Assembly: GCA_001642005.1 (NCBI GenBank)
Contig: LWCA01000005.1
Coordinates: forward strand, 48,588 to 112,587
DNA: 64,000 nt
From: Intoshia linei
Lineage: Eukaryota; Animalia; Orthonectida
Reading direction: 5' to 3'
Part shown: positions 1 through 12,600 of the stretch, in pieces
Numbering within the stretch: the stretch's first letter is position 1
How the letters are laid out: every line of letters begins with the position of its first letter
The notes under the pieces: generated by a model
The model's input: only the letters and a program-made list of their open reading frames with translations
The model's database searches: none
Told to the model about the DNA's origin: nothing
Made by a program: the position numbers and the translations under genes

Positions 1-299
1 GACAAGATATATCATTAATTTTTAATCATACAGTGTCGCTCTCAAAGTGACCACTTTCGGAGATTTTCAACTAATCACAATTAATTGATTATTAGAAATG
101 AATAAAATGAAATGAGATTACATAAAATAAAGATGTATGATTTTAAAAAATTTACTATCGGTTGACCAATAGACTATTAAATATTGTCAATTGATCCTTG
201 TATATAGTATCACTCAATTAAATCAAATCTTAAAAGTCTACCAAATATTTTAGAAGGCATCACTTCACATCAATCACATCACAGATGAGCGGCGGGATA

Positions 300-737
300 G
301 TGGTGCATTCAGGCCGCATGCGCCATTATTGACGATTTGGTGTGGCCTTCTGAACAATTTCAATTATTTTTCAAAAAAATATTGGTAAAAGCGGCTTTTT
401 CCTTAAAGGTTAGTAAAATTAGATTTTTTCTTTTGCCATCAGATAGAGGGATTTTTGATCTAAATATTTGCTAAAATGGGATTTTCCCTTAAGTGTTGGT
501 AAAATTTTGGTTTTGGTTTTTTTTGTATAAGATTTTACTAAATTGAATAAAATATGGAAAAAATTTATTATTCACCCCAATCATCTAAAATTTTCGTATT
601 CACCCCTAATAAAATTATTCACCTCCATGAGAAGCACTGCTGTATATGATTGAATGTTATTTAGAAAAGTGCGGCTTTATTAAATTTTTTAGGGACGTTA
701 GTGCGGGCTTCGAACAGTAAATGCTTCCCCATCTCTC
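300..737. repeat. Dispersed composite repeat (hAT-MITE-derived); inverted copy at ~19277-19710
   Basis: The reverse complement of 340-735 aligns along 19277-19670 (e.g. GCAGTGCTTCTCATGG, ATTTACTGTTCGAAG, AAATCCCTCTATC). The same core is also in 53404-54078. Confidence 0.75.
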
Positions 738-745
738 ACTTAGAT

Positions 746-1303
746 CAGTGTTTTCCAAAATTTTTTCAGCTAACGCCCCTTATAAAATGTAACCTATTTT
801 ATAAAGTACGGTGCACTTTTATTTTATCAATTTTCATTGACATGATTGCATTTTATGTTTTTCTGTCAATTTGTTTATCCTGGGTTCCATACGACTGACA
901 AATAACATGAAATCTTTCCTTTTTACAATTTGAAGATCATTTATATTTTCTGTGCTTAGTTAGAAATTGAGTAACCGCACTGAATCTACGCACTGCCATG
1001 TATAACGATGAGAAAACTAAAATAAATCTATATTTCTTTCCATAATTGTGGATATCAATCTGGAATTTCCTTCTGTGATCAAAATAATTGGTTATTTTAA
1101 AGATTCCCATTATTTATTATATATATTATTCGATCAACATCGTAAATAAAAATATTGTTGGAAACATTTAATAATCATTTGTTATTTTTGAAAATTTTTT
1201 TAATCCTCACCTGTAAACCAAAAACACCCTAAATTATTTCAAAAGTGTTATCGCGCTAAGCACTCAAAAATTACACCGGGTATCGTTTATGTTGGGAACA
1301 CTG
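746..1303 (-). mobile_element. Non-autonomous hAT (Buster-type) element with transposase C-terminal remnant
   Basis: TIRs CAGTGTTTTCCAA / TTGGGAACACTG and a perfect 8-bp TSD ACTTAGAT (738-745, 1304-1311). Minus-strand remnant ...RFSAVTQFLTKHR... resembles the hAT dimerisation region. Confidence 0.85.
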
Positions 1304-1605
1304 ACTTAGATCGTGATTTTCTAACTTTTTAGTTCTCTGTGTCCTTAAGTAAGTACAAAATAAATTCCTTTTTAATTGTGTCATATTTCTTAATGCATCT
1401 GTCGCCAACATTTAAGATAATACTATTCAGTTGTACGTCAGTTTTGGTTTCCTTTTTTATAAAAGGCCTTCTATATGGTGAGTTTTGAGAGCGATCACTA
1501 TTTTCAAAAAATCATTATCTCATTACATTAAATCTTAAGTTTAGATTTCAACTACTGTGCACTGTATTACATTAATATTTCTAGTTTAATTTAATAATGA
1601 AATAC

Positions 1606-4600
1606 AAGAAAATTCGTTGTATAGTTGCATTTTTGTTGCATTAGACGCTACTCCATCAGATTTTGGTAAATAACTAAAATTATATTATTATTATGAGATT
1701 AGATAGTATTGTTAAGTGGTTCTCAATTTATCAACGATCCTCAATTTAAAAAAAATTTTTATCATTAAATTTATAATGTTAAATCAATTTTGTCAAAAAA
1801 ACAAATTATTCAATACCGTCATAAAATTTAAATTGCACCATCCGAAAAATTTTTGTTTTGAATTAAAAATGAATATTCATTAACATTAATCAATTGTAAT
1901 TAGGAAATACAATTAATTATAAAGTATTATTAATAGTGTCCTATTTTAAAAATGTATATTATACATTTTCTTCACGGACATATTTAATCAATATCATTAA
2001 TTTATGACGAGTGTGGTTTACACCAGTGGTTCTCAAACAAATATTGACGACTTCTAACAGTATAACATACACAAATATTACTAAGTTTTTTTGTATTACT
2101 TTAACCCCTTCATGTGTCTTTTTCTCTCTTAATTAAACCATATTAATCTCTTGTCGTTGTGAACTACTCTTATAAATAATCCTTAAATGAATTTTCAGAA
2201 TACATAAATTATATTAATAAAATATCAAAGACCAAATCAAAGTTATTATTAACAATTCTATTTTTATGTAATAATTTTCTCAAATCTCAGGGCCCCTTCA
2301 GAATGTGTAGACCCCTAGAATAAATGATAGATATAATAAATAATAGACCCTGGTGGGTAAATACACATCTGGGAATCAGATTTATAAGATACTACCTAGT
2401 GTTCAAAATAATAATAATGTTGCTTATAGAGTATTTTTGTGGTCCATCTTATTAATTCAGTGCACGATAGCAAAGTTTTATCATAACAAGGAAGGGCCAA
2501 TTTGATGAGAAAGTTTTTTAAGATTTAAACTACATTTTCATTTAATTTATTATATTTTACTTTTAACATTATTTTTTCTCTTGTATACGAGTCAGTATTA
2601 CTGACAATATATTGGACATAAATAAAAATAAAATTATTTATTAACAATAATTGTAAATATTGACAATAACTTCAAAACATTAATTAATAATATATTGTAT
2701 TACTTACAATGTAAGTAGATTTGAACAGACAAAAATAACAAATATTATACATTAAATATCAAAATATGACAAATAATCAAATTACAAATGATATATCGCA
2801 GTGTTAGAGTTATAATGTTCTATCTGCATTTTTGTAAAAAATGAGGTTTTTGATGAAAAATGTTTTAAATCATATTTTACATTTTTACCAAAAAAATTAA
2901 GCTTGAAACCGTATTATTTTATGATATAACGAACATTTACTAATTCAATTGCTAAATCTCGACTTGATAATTCCTTACAAAATTATCAAATTCCTATTAA
3001 AAATAACCTCACAGATTCTAAAAAGAAAGATATTAAAAGTATGTTAATCAAAATGGACAATGAGTTAATAATTTTATAATTTAAACATAAATTGATAAAA
3101 ATTAATTTTGATGATTAAAACATTAAATGTTAACAGTTTCTATAGAATAATGTTCTATTTACAATTTTTTCAAATCAAATAGACAGATTGTTCTATTAGT
3201 GAAATTTAAGTTCTGAAAAACCCTTATGTTTTTATTTTTATCGTACGAAACTTTTCAATATACTTTAACAAATATTAAAAAACTAAATTGTATAATTAAA
3301 TTTCAACATAAAAATTATATTTTAGGCAATATAGTACTTTTAGACTTAAAGTCGATTAATGAAAAACTATGTTTTTGCAGATAGAACATTATAACTCTAA
3401 CACTGCGATATATTGACTACAATGTGTAAGTTGTTAAATTAGTTTATTAGCATACAATATTATAATTACTTATTACCTAAAAAAGGATACTTCCAGTGTA
3501 TAACAATATGCATATTCGTCGAGAACTCCACCAAATATCCTTAATTGATATTAACATAATTAATTAAAATAAGAGAAACAGAAAATGTAATTATCTTTTT
3601 ACCTACGACTAGTTCCAGCTTTTATTTCATCTTTGTTAAAACTTGTATTAGACATTGAAAAATCTTCGGTATTATTTGATAATAATTGGGGTAATATAGC
3701 TAATAATGTTTTTAATACATTAATTACATGTAAATGAGTTTAATTTTATATAAAAAGTAACTGGTAGATTCAAATTAAGTTTAGTAATACATAATGTATA
3801 TTACCCTGTCTATTAGCTCGAGTGACATCATCAAAAATATTTCCATACATGAAACCATTCTTCATTGTAGAATGTGCGTGAATGTCAATATAAAATTCAA
3901 CATTGTTTACCTAATAGTTTTATTTATAAATAAAATAAAAATTATTTATTAATATTATACATTTTTATATTAATTATTAATTAACTAGAAAATGTCGATA
4001 TACTATTTAATTAAATTTGCAGCTCTATGCTTGCAAAATCTTACACTATTGTAAAGATTTTCAGTCAACATCAAAAAATATATAATGTTTATTAATTGCT
4101 TCCAAGCGGACCCCAGTGGAAAAAAGGCTGAGATAGATTGATCTATGATAATTGACACGATTTCATTTTTATAAGGGTTGAAGTAGGTAGCTAAAGATTT
4201 TATAAAAACAAAAAACAAAAAAGTTAATATCAATTAACTGATATTAATTAAAAATGTTTCTTTAAACAAAAATATCCCATAATTTTATATTATCGACACG
4301 TTAGTTTAAAATTTAGGTCTTAAATTTTGAGAAGAAATTGACTGTATGCAATCTGTGCATAGGTGCCGTCTGTAGAAACTGAAATTAAACATTATTGTTA
4401 TATTCAAACAATTTTTGAAATAATAGTTTAAAACTTAAGTAATCGTGCAGCATCGCAGTTTCCATAAACTACAATATACCCATTCTCTGTCATCAACTAT
4501 AAAAACGATAAATTTAAATTATGTGGTACCAAAGTGTTAATTTATCATAACATAAAGGTGAAGCACCGTTTTGTGGGTATAATTTACAATTTATTAATAC

Positions 4601-7600
4601 CATAAATGTATAACGTAAATAATAAGTTAAATTCGTAACGCCGTAACATTTTATGCGTATTTTGAACCGAATTTATAGTCTAATTACAAGAATAGATTTT
4701 GTTGAATTTCAGAAATATCTGTTAACTACGTTCTTATCTCACTATTCAATCTATTTCAAAACCTCCATGAATTAAATATACACAAGAATCGTCAAAAAAC
4801 AGATTTCCAAATTCTATCATATTTTTGGCGCGTAACGCCGTAACGTTTTTTAACTGAAAATCTACGTTTTAGTATTTACTGATATGTAAAATAGTGCCAA
4901 TAACCATGTTGAACGCTATCATATGCGCATTTTAAGTCCATATATGAGTCTTGGATATTATTTCCTGTAGGTCACTTAAATTGAAATATTTACATTTTAT
5001 TTGCTAGATAATGGCTCAATAATATCATTTTTTCAAAATTTACCGAGAATTTTGTTCCGGTTTTTACCTGGTACAAAAACTTGTTGGTGTTAATAGTTTG
5101 ACCCTTTGGGACAAAAAATATATGCCTGGGTCCATGAGATTTAAATAAACAATCAAAAAAATTTTATCAACTTTGGTTTATTTTTATAGGAGAATTTTTA
5201 ATATTTATTACAGAGTTGTCAGATTTTAGGAATTTATCCCAAAACTTAAACGACCGCTACACTATTACTTAAAAAATCCCACTTTTATCCCACCATTATT
5301 AAAATGTAATAATATTTAATAAAAAATACCATTTTAAACCCTTAGGGAAAAATCGACTTAGGAAACCCCAAAATAAATAATCCCCTTTTTACAATAATTT
5401 TTTTGAAAAACACGATTTTACCAATCCTGAAAGGAAATGTGCTTATTTTCCAATATATTTTTGAAAAATCTACTTATTCCAATATTTTCTTAAAAAACAC
5501 CATTTTACCAAATCTAATGAGAAAAACCTTTAATTTTTTCATAAATGTTTAATAATGAGCAAAAAATTTTTAATCAAACATAAAAAATCCAATTTTACGA
5601 ACCATTAAGTGAAAAATCCACCTTTTCCAATATTTTCTTAAAAAACACTATTTTACCAAATCTAATGAGAAAAAACCATAAAAATAAATATTTTGAAATG
5701 GGGTCCGTACACTATTTGAATTAGGAACCACTGTCTTAGAGCAAAATAATCATAGATTTTGTTAATCAATCCTATTATTAATTTTTTGACCAAATTTTTG
5801 TGGGTTTATTGAAGGCAAATTTTTTTTACCTAATTCTTAATGATTTTGAAGATAATTTTGGTCCCAAGATTTGGTAAGGTTATTAAGGTGATATTTTTAA
5901 CATTTTATGACATCTTCAAAATCATTAAAATTGGGTGAAAAATGTTTCCTTAAAACCCTACCAAATTTTAGTCTCAAAATCATCTTCAAAAATCTTTAAA
6001 ATTGTGTAAAAAAAATTTCCCTAAAGAAATTCACAAAATGTAAAAAAATCAATATGATAAATTATTAAAATCGATGATTATGTTGCTCAAATCAATATCG
6101 CTGGAGTCCAGAGAATGGAGGTCATTGGCCGGCTACCTAGATATAATTCTAATTTATTAAAATAAATTTACCCTTTCTAAAAAATTCAATTAAAAAATAT
6201 ACTGTTATCAACACTTTGAAAAATTTTTAATTCAAGAAATAGATGTGAAATTTAAATATATAAAATGAAATACTGGAGAATGTGTCAAATTTATAAGCAA
6301 ATTTTTAGTAGCACAAATGGTGGGATGAGCCCAAGGAGATGGATTTGACCAGTGCCTATTCAGATCGAATCCCATCAAACAGCACCTATTATAATAATTA
6401 GTATATTTGATTGATTCACTGCAAGAAAATTATTTAAAATTAATTACCGATAATTTCCTAAATAAACGCCATCAGGGTTGAGCATGGGAACAATTTTAAA
6501 AATAATGTGTTCTCTTAAGTTTTCAGATTCTATGGTATTTTTTATTAAAAATTTGATTAATCCTTCACAGACATAGGATGCCGGTGTTTCACCAGGATGA
6601 ACTCTGGCGGTAATGACAACAATTTTGCAATTATTGGAATTACCAATGTTTTTTTCATTGGTAATTGTCAATACATCTACTCGTCTTTGTTGCTAAAATT
6701 ACATATCAATAATGACCATTTTAAAATAATTACAGTACTTAAACACAACAATTCTCGTTTATAATATGGTAAACCTTTTAGGTCCAAATTGTAGAGGAAT
6801 GTTTGTAATTGAGAATAGGTGTATGGAAAACAGTATGCAAATTGATAATCTTCCTCAATATCAAAAGCGAATATAAAAGCCATTACATAATGATAATTGT
6901 AACGCGGAGATCGGTAATAATATACTTGATTTGAACGGATCCTCACCCTATTTTATCTTATTTATTTGTAATTATATCTCAGTAGTATTGATTCAGTAGT
7001 GATTTAAAAAACATACAATATAAATATACAAAGTACATGTATGTGGATTATGATATATAATATAAAAAAATACAAAGGTCTACCAGGGTAAAATAAGTAT
7101 TATTCTTTTAGACTCTATCATTCCTTCCTTTTAACCCTCTCTTCTTATACTTTTTTTTTATTATGTATATTATACAAGCCATCATTTTTAAATTGATGAT
7201 AAATTTAAACATCAAAGTCTAAAGCAGATGTTGTCAAAGTAGATGGTATATCCAAGAGTTGAACTAAGTCAGTTTCTTATTTTTACCATGAAATAACCAT
7301 TATATTATAAAATTTAACGAGTGATTTGTATTTTAAAATTCAAAAGTGAATACATGTGTTTTTTTTATTCAACAAATTTTAATAATGGGATATTTTTCCT
7401 CCGGAAAGAGTTCCACAACCTTTCGACGCAAGCAGGTTGGATTGGAAATTTTATTGCAAGTTTAATGCAAATGTAATTAAGTATTACCCGTAAAATAGTA
7501 CTATGATACAAAAATTTTACCATTGATTTCTGCTAGTACTTTTTACAACCGGCGACATACCGTCACGATAAAGTGATTTAGTTTTACTGCAATTTACGAT

Positions 7601-9416
7601 ATTGAAAATGGCTCTTTGATCCCTACATACATTTTTCACAATGAAATTGAACCATACACGATATTTATTATTGCAACTATCTGGTCGAATAAAAATGTCG
7701 TATTCAAAATCAGATATGTAGACAACTTTACCCAAATTTCCTAAAAATAATTTATCAAATGGTACTCCTTATCTATATAAAGTAATTTAGTTAAAAATGT
7801 CTGTCAGTTTTTTTGTTCCAGTTTATTTAAGAAAGTAAGAGGATTCGAGTTTTAAAAATTCCATATTTCCATTACAATTTTTCGACAGTGTTGTTTTATC
7901 AAATTTCATTTTCAGAAATTAAGTTCTTCAAGGTCAAAAACCTCAATTGTCATTTTTTTTTAAATTCAAACCAGTCCTAGAATTATAAAAAATACACAAT
8001 CTGATAAACATTTTAAATTCATCAAAATTATGATAATTTTCAATATCAAAATCTTATATCTTTACGGCCAAAACCCAAAATTATCCTTTTTTGTAAAAAT
8101 TAAAAAAGTCCTAAAATTTTATACAACCTAAATTCTCGGATATTTTTTAAAATAATAAGCATTATCATAAATGGCAACCTCAAAAAATTGCATTTTCACC
8201 ACGAAAACTCATATTGCCATTTTTTTATAAATTAAAATAGTCCTAGAATTTTAACAAAAATTGACAGGTGGTACAGTTGTATCCTGTTAACACACATAAA
8301 AAATTTCAATCCAAATAGGTGACAACTTCACGGTAAAAAAAACATTTTAGTATTCATGTTTCCAAAATAATTTATTATAACAAAAAATGTAAAATAATTA
8401 ACGGTCCGAAAATTAAAAAAAAGAAAAGATTATTCTGATAGAGCTTATTCCAGTTGATATAAATACAAAATTTCAACCCCAGAAATCTACGCATTCCCGG
8501 TGAAAAATAATTTTTAATATATTATCAACCAATATTTTTCAATTATTTCGATAAAAATAAAAATTGAAAATGTAAATATTAATCCTACAATTTTTAAAAA
8601 AAATGTGCATTGAATGTCTACACATTTCCAATAAAGAAATATGGGTGAAAATCTATATAATTCATTCTTTTTGAGTTTTTTTCATTGCTACGCAATTTTT
8701 CATTTTCAAAAAGTTTAAAATAACTTTGTATTAAATTTTTAAAACTACAAGTTGTAGTAACAATAAAATACTACAAAGTGCAACTTTGTTATTATCACTT
8801 TTATATTTATTACAATGTTGGTAAAATTTATCCTAAATATGTTTTTAAAGTGCTGATTCCGTTAATTATTGATACTAAATTGATATTTTTTACTCATCGA
8901 AATTAGATACTGAATATATACCACATTAAAAATGAAAATACCGGTTTATTTACAATTTTATTTTTTCTGGAATTTAAGCTATTTATGACAATTTTTAAGA
9001 TTTATTGTTGACTATATTTTTAAAATTATACACTCATTCTCTCTAATAAATTAAAAATATGGGATCACAAAATTGTTTTTAAATTCACTTGTGAAATGAC
9101 TGGTCCGTGGTGAAACCTAGTTGATAATACTCTTATTATAAATGGATTTGAAAAATTTTTGTTAAGTTGAATTTATTTCGATTAACAAAGCTCCCACCTT
9201 ACAAATTTTACTAAATTTTACCACTTTCAAAATTAGCATCAAAAATCAAATGTCCTTTTTGAATTTTTCCATGAAAGTCTTCCGGAACACTAGCAAAATC
9301 GGTTACATTTTTATTAATTCCATGTTCAGAATTGGTAATATCTGTTTCACTGTCTAGATAATTATTATAATAAAATTAATACATCTTTAAACAAAATTGT
9401 GGATACCTGATTCCAT
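1606..9416 (-). CDS. AGBL4: Cytosolic carboxypeptidase 6 (tubulin deglutamylase); last exon(s) not found, probably left of the window
   Basis: Spliced exons 9416-9407, 9353-9222, 7740-7521, 6947-6734, 6692-6448, 6385-6274, 3910-3805, 3699-3603, 3539-3477 and 1673-1606, all GT-AG and in phase. They give KGHLIFDANFESGNLG, RVWFNF, YQFAYCFPYTY, RVHPGE, PMLNPDGV, DLNRHW, YIDIHAHS and YTLEVSF. These are the CCP/M14D motifs, closest to AGBL4. Confidence 0.95.
2798..3406. mobile_element. MITE with long perfect TIRs (superfamily unassigned) in an AGBL4 intron
   Basis: GCAGTGTTAGAGTTATAATGTTCTATCTGCA at 2798 is the exact reverse complement of the sequence ending at 3406. Flanks GATATATC / GATATATT are a possible 8-bp TSD. 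Confidence 0.8.
5100..5733. mobile_element. Abundant hAT-like MITE family with internal TTTTACCAA/AAAAATCC subrepeats
   Basis: The end GGGGTCCGTACACTATTTGAATTAGGAACCACTG is shared with copies ending at 14068, ~38784, ~39287 and ~46568, and with an opposite-orientation copy near 26680. Confidence 0.7.
7772..9120 (+). mobile_element. Non-autonomous Helitron in AGBL4 intron 2
   Basis: Starts A|TCTATATAAAG and ends CTAG|T, with a degenerate hairpin ~10 nt upstream and no TSD. Internal blocks recur at 44390-44815, 14880-15300 (rc), 33600-33900, 61760-61900 and 63850-64000 (rc). Confidence 0.65.
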
Positions 9417-9677
9417 AATGTCAGACCTCGACCCTTTTACCTGAATTGTTTATGTTAACCTAGTAATTATTTTCATTAACAAAAATACATATTGATTTGC
9501 TATAACAACTATATTTGAAGATTTATATCTGAAGGAAACTAAAAAGTGGATAAAAATTATCTTGCGTTAACGATTATTGAGTAATTACTCCAGTGTTATA
9601 CAAATTCAGAACAAGTAAACTATTGTTCAACTTGTTAATGTAAATAAAATTTAGCTCATGAAAAATATATTGAAAAA

Positions 9678-12600
9678 ATGACTTTATATGAACAACTTTC
9701 AAACAAGTGTAAAAAATTTGTATCAGAAATTGAAATTTATAGGAACCAATCAAATTGGTTAAAAACTTATGAACTGGCATTAGAATATGGAAAGAAGAAA
9801 TATGATTTGCAAAATTATGCCAAATTGGTTAGCGTAGAATCAATGATTGAAAGATATATCCAAGATGATAGATCCAACAAGCATTCTAATGAAAACACAC
9901 AAAATTGGATAGACCAATTGGAGAATATTAAAAAATTACCCGATTTAATTGTATGTAAAATTTTGGAATATTATTAACTGATAATCTAGAAAAACGGCAT
10001 ATTAGATACCAATATATTATTGTCCAAATTATTTTGGTATATTAATCAGAAAAGTAAATCAACTAGCATTTATAACAATGACATTTTTAATTCTAATTAC
10101 AGCGATTTTACTCCGAGAAATCGCAAACTGCTGGCGGAATCTCATGCTATTCAAGGTTTTTCCATTAATTTCCAATTTTTATCCAAATTTTTAGCTTTAA
10201 TATTGGAGAGAAATTTAACACGAGTCGATTCTTTACCTTTAAAAAATTGTTATAAAAGTTGCATGTGTATTTTGATGGAATCTATAAATGACGGTTGGAA
10301 TTTAGATTTTATATTAGAATCAGTTTCCTTTGTTTCAACATATGTTTTGTTGAATATAGACGAATCTAATTTACTCAACGACTCTATTATTAAATCAAGG
10401 AAAATGTCATCCTTACTCTGTTCTCTTGTAAACTACACATCGATTTATAAGGCTACTTTGGAACATTTAGCAAAAACATTACTTTTCCAAATAACTAATA
10501 ATTCTTATCAAAATATTACACTCGACTTGTCACAGAAAAGCGAAATTACTCAAAATAAAAAATCAGCTACGCCGTTACCCATTAGAAGCAAAATATACAT
10601 TCCACACAATCGTGTTGAAGAATTGTACAATGTTGTACTCGTTTTACACAATATGATTACCCAAGATATAGTTCTCATTCAAGATGAAAAATTTGAAGAA
10701 ATTCGGAGTGCTACTTTAGATCGAGCTATAAGTGTGTCTTGTTTAATGGCATTGTTTATGACATTTAATTCCATGATTCCACTTTTTCAATTTTTTTTCT
10801 CCAAAATATACGCCATTTCAAGCGATGTTGTCTTTTCTAACAGATTGATGGTTTTATCTCGTATTTCTGATGGGAGGTTTAAGGAAGCTCTACAAATGTA
10901 CCATTCTAACCCTCCTAATTACTCTCAAGATATTATTATGTTGAGACTCATGGTTATTGCTTGTTTCAGATTGCAACAGTATGAGGATGCTTTTGACATT
11001 TTAAAAGAAATGAAATGTTTCATTAGTCGCTTTTCTATAATTAACAAAAAAAATATTGAAATTGGTCACTATATTTATTTGTCTGCTATTGGTTATGTTC
11101 TTTTGGCAAGATGTTGCAAGGAGTCTAGTTCCAAACGAATATTTTATGAAACTTCGTTGAAATTTCTGAAAAGGTATTTTAGACCTACAGATAAATACAA
11201 ATACTGTATTTAAATTTTAAAGAACTGATTTTTAGTAAACTAAATAATTTTTGTTTACGTTTAAAGTTTTTTCTCAAGTCAGTGGTTTTCGATTGGGGTC
11301 CAAAGCTATACACCTTGGGTTCGTGAGATTCATATAAATATATATAAAAAAATTTATCAACTTTTTAACAATATTAACCTGGGCGATAGCGCCCCTCCCC
11401 CCACTGGGTCGGTTTTATGATCGAATGGGGCAAAAAAAATTTTGAAGCGATATGGGGGGGGGGGGCGAAAATATTTTGATCGCATCAGTTGGGATTCCAA
11501 TATAACATCAGATTATAACCGTTCAATGAGCCTAGCTGGCACAGTCGTTATAGTCACATGATTATTTTGTAGAAAGGGTTTGTATTCATCTTTGGAATCT
11601 TTTTATTTATGTGAACTCGTTAGAATTAAACATTACATGCAATTTTAATTAACAACCTAATTAGTATTTATAATACAAATTTTTCGCAAAGTAAATTAAT
11701 TAAACGAATATATTATCGTTCGAATACATGAATATTAAAAAAAGATGCCGTTATCATTCTATTTTGATTATTTGAAATATGGAGTTATTCATTCACCAAA
11801 TAATATACAACTTTCAATGTGTTTAATATGCGACAAAGTATTTTAGTTATTTAAATATATTTAATTATAATTCAAATTTTTTCAAATGAAGGAATGAAAC
11901 CTTCATGAATGGTGGTTCATTTGAAAGGAAAGCATCCGGATATGGCTAAAAAAAATTTGGAATACTTTCGTAATTTAAAAATTAATGTGAAGGCCGATCT
12001 ACTATCAATAATTTGTTTAATAAACAAAAAGATATTAGAAGTAAAGAACTTATAGTATCATATGAAATATTAAAGCTTATTGCGGAATGTAAAAAACCAC
12101 ACACCATTGGAGAATCATTAATTATACCATCGTTACAAATTGTAATGAAAAGGATGATGCCTAATTTTGCTGATCTGTCGAAATCTATTCCACTGAGTAC
12201 GGTATCATTAAGAATAGACGAAATGGCTGCTAATGTTGAAACGAAACTACTTTGCTATTTAAGAAAGACAGAATTTTTAATACAATTGGATGAAAGTTTA
12301 TAATATAACAATAATGTGTTATTAATGGTTTATGTGCGCTATCTGAATGATGTTCAAGAAATTTCTGATGATTTACTATTTGTTTTCAAATCAGTATTAG
12401 ACTATTTTAATGAAAGCAACATTTCAATAAGCAACGTCATAGCTTGTGCAACGGATGGGCTCCTGCCATGATAGGCCGACATCGTGGGTTTATCGCTCAT
12501 TTAAAAAAATGAAATTCGAAATTGTTTGTTATTGTTGTTACTGGACTGCATTTCAGAGACATGACGTGACTAATTTTGTTAATTTAAATACATTCAAAGA

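Larger units (their letters stand above)
31..1500. mobile_element. Degenerate Tc1/mariner-type non-autonomous element hosting nested insertions
   Basis: Left end TA-CAGTGTCGCTCTCAAAGTGACCA (29-53) matches the reverse complement of ~1477-1500 (TAGTGATCGCTCTCAAAACTCACCA) with several mismatches. Confidence 0.4.

Noticed and set aside
701-898. Short ORFs in repeat DNA (701, 4003, 15660, 24074, 25128, 28813, 38616, 42966, 45120, 54567)
   Set aside because: Low-complexity F/I/K/L-rich translations within MITEs, Helitrons or AT-rich introns, with no recognisable motifs.
5280-5700. CRISPR-like regularly spaced repeats (TTTTACCAA...)
   Set aside because: Eukaryotic context, degenerate units without unique spacers and no cas genes. 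These are MITE internal subrepeats.
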